A DNA stretch of 64,000 bases from Macrostomum lignano (lineage: Eukaryota). The DNA is taken from positions 1 through 64,000 of the forward strand of contig NIVC01003812.1 in the NCBI GenBank assembly GCA_002269645.1, written 5' to 3'. Positions 61,855-64,000 of the stretch are shown piece after piece. The stretch's first letter is position 1. Each line of letters starts with the position of its first letter. Made by a program: the position numbers and the translations under genes. The notes under the pieces are model-generated. The model was not told where the DNA came from. It ran no database searches and saw nothing but the letters and a program-made list of their open reading frames with translations.

Positions 61855-62862
61855 GGCATGTACATTCCAGTGGGCATGTACATTCCAGTGGGCATGTACA
61901 TTCCAGTGGGCATGTACATTCCAGTGGGCATGTACATTCCAGTGGGCATGTACATACTCTGTGCCTGGCTGTAGCCGAGTGGTCAGAGCGTCGGACTCAC
62001 GACTTGAAGGTCGGGGGTTCGATTCCCGATCCCACTCGGAACATTTGTATCATTGAGCAAGACACCTAACTCTGCATGGCTTCAGTTCACCCAGATGTAA
62101 AATCGGTGCTGAACAGCCGCACGCAGCCTTCAGATGCGCCGCGCAATAGCCGCGGCTGAGCTGTCGGTTGCACATCTGGCCCAATTGGGGCAGGTGTAAT
62201 CAACCATCATTAATTTAGTGAACATGCAAGTGTACATTAGAAAGTCAAGGCCGCTGTGCTCAGGGGTCAGCGCAACAGATTTCACCCCACAGCTCCCGGC
62301 TCCTCACCATGGCGATCCTCAGCGCGGTGCACCAGCGCTTCATCGACGCTTCGTTGGCGGCAGCGAAGAAGTGAATTTGCTTTGACTGCAGACTGTGCGT
62401 TTGCAGGGCCTGCGGTGGAGAACAGGGTGGGTGTGAGAGCACTTTGCTCATTTCGAGTTGGGTCATGGATCTTGGTCATTGATCTAATCTGGTCATTGAT
62501 CTAATCTGGTCATTGATCTAATCTGATCTTTGATCCAATCTGATCATTGATCCAATCTGGTCATTGATCTAATCTTTGGTCATTGATTTAATCTGGTCAT
62601 TGATCTAATCTGGTCATTGATCTAATCTGGTCATTGATCTAATCTGATCATTGATCCAATCTGGTCATTGATCCAATCTTTGGTCATTGAGCTAATCTGG
62701 TCATTGATCCAATCTGGTCATTGATCTAATCTGGTCATCGATCTAATCCTTGGTCATTGATCCAATCTGGTCATTGATCCAATCTGGTCATTGATCTAAT
62801 ATGGTCATTGATCTAATCTGGTCATTGGTCTAATCTGGTCATTGATCCAATCTGGTCATTGA
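61855..62862. repeat. 18-bp array GGGCATGTACATTCCAGT (61855-61935) and 17-bp array GATCTAATCTGGTCATT (62470-62862)
   Basis: Read directly. Confidence 0.9.
61964..62215 (+). mobile_element. Same SINE family, intact tRNA head with an internal deletion
   Basis: A and B boxes are present; the core joins the 3' block directly and lacks the GC-rich linker seen in the other copies. Confidence 0.85.
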
Positions 62863-63284
62863 TTAGAATGAGCAACATCAAAGCATCAAAGCGGCAGGGT
62901 CACCTTCAGCGCAAAGCCGTGAGGCGTGGGAGCCTCAATCTTTCCTTTTGAAGTCCAGCCGCCCAGCGTGGTGAACAGGTGGGAACCGGAGAGGCTGGTG
63001 ACGCATTTCAGCTCCTGCAGGGGGGCGGCGTTATTTAGCCATAAATCATTTTATTAACTCATTATGATTTCCATGATGCAATTCAATCTAATCATGAACT
63101 ATACAAAATTCTGGTCATAGGGTCACAAACTGGTCATAAGACTCACCGATTTGCCTTTCTTCACAGCGTAAATGCCGGAGCTGCGGAGGATGCACAGCCG
63201 TTTCTTCCACGACTTCGTGCCGGCCAGGCGAACGTGGAGCGTGTCCTTGATGGGCGGAGCGCTGCCCTCGCCTTCGAACAGGTC
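62308..63284 (-). CDS. PH-domain exons of an MRL (MIG-10/RIAM/lamellipodin) or Grb7-like adaptor, partial
   Basis: Exons 63284-63147, 63014-62904, 62409-62308, all phase 0: PPIKDTLHVRLAGTKSWKKRLCILRSSGIYAVKKGKS / ELKC...EAPTPHGFALK / ..QSKQIHFFAAANEASMKRWCTALRIAM. Upstream exons lie outside the window; downstream exons were not resolved. Confidence 0.8.
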
Positions 63285-63317
63285 CTGGGGTGGCGAGTGT
63301 GAAGTCTGTCTGCATAT

Positions 63318-64000
<683 letters not shown>

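Overview
This is eukaryotic (metazoan) genomic DNA with GT-AG introns and GC-rich exons; it contains no prokaryotic features. The repeat density and gene style suggest a free-living flatworm such as Macrostomum, but that is inference only. I reconstructed these genes by hand from splice sites and phases. (1) An SLC17/VGLUT-like transporter (-, ATG 4412, runs off the left edge) with about six single-base deletions. (2) A 10-exon class-V PLP-aminotransferase/cysteine-desulfurase-like gene (+, 6528-15952) that has lost its catalytic residues. (3) A 299-aa orphan ORF (+, 18161-19060). (4) An F-type lectin exon (+, about 30683-31119). (5) A hypothetical two-exon gene (-, 32365-33591). (6) CCT3 (-, 37453-43877), head-to-head with (7) CFAP210/CCDC173 (+, 44282-53046). 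(8) PH-domain exons of a MIG-10/RIAM/lamellipodin-like gene (-, 62308-63284). About 40 different tandem arrays fill almost every long intron. Mobile DNA includes four copies of a tRNA/CORE-type SINE, an 850-bp solo LTR with a 4-bp TSD, a truncated related LTR, a decayed Crypton-like tyrosine recombinase, two Helitron-like 3' ends and two MITEs with 8-bp TSDs. Most long ORFs in the supplied track are translations of tandem repeats. The best leads are the intact pseudoenzyme, the intron-specific minisatellite architecture, the AP-1-rich LTR, an in-frame CCAAT-box array and several RFX X-boxes. I cannot claim a demonstrably new system from sequence alone.
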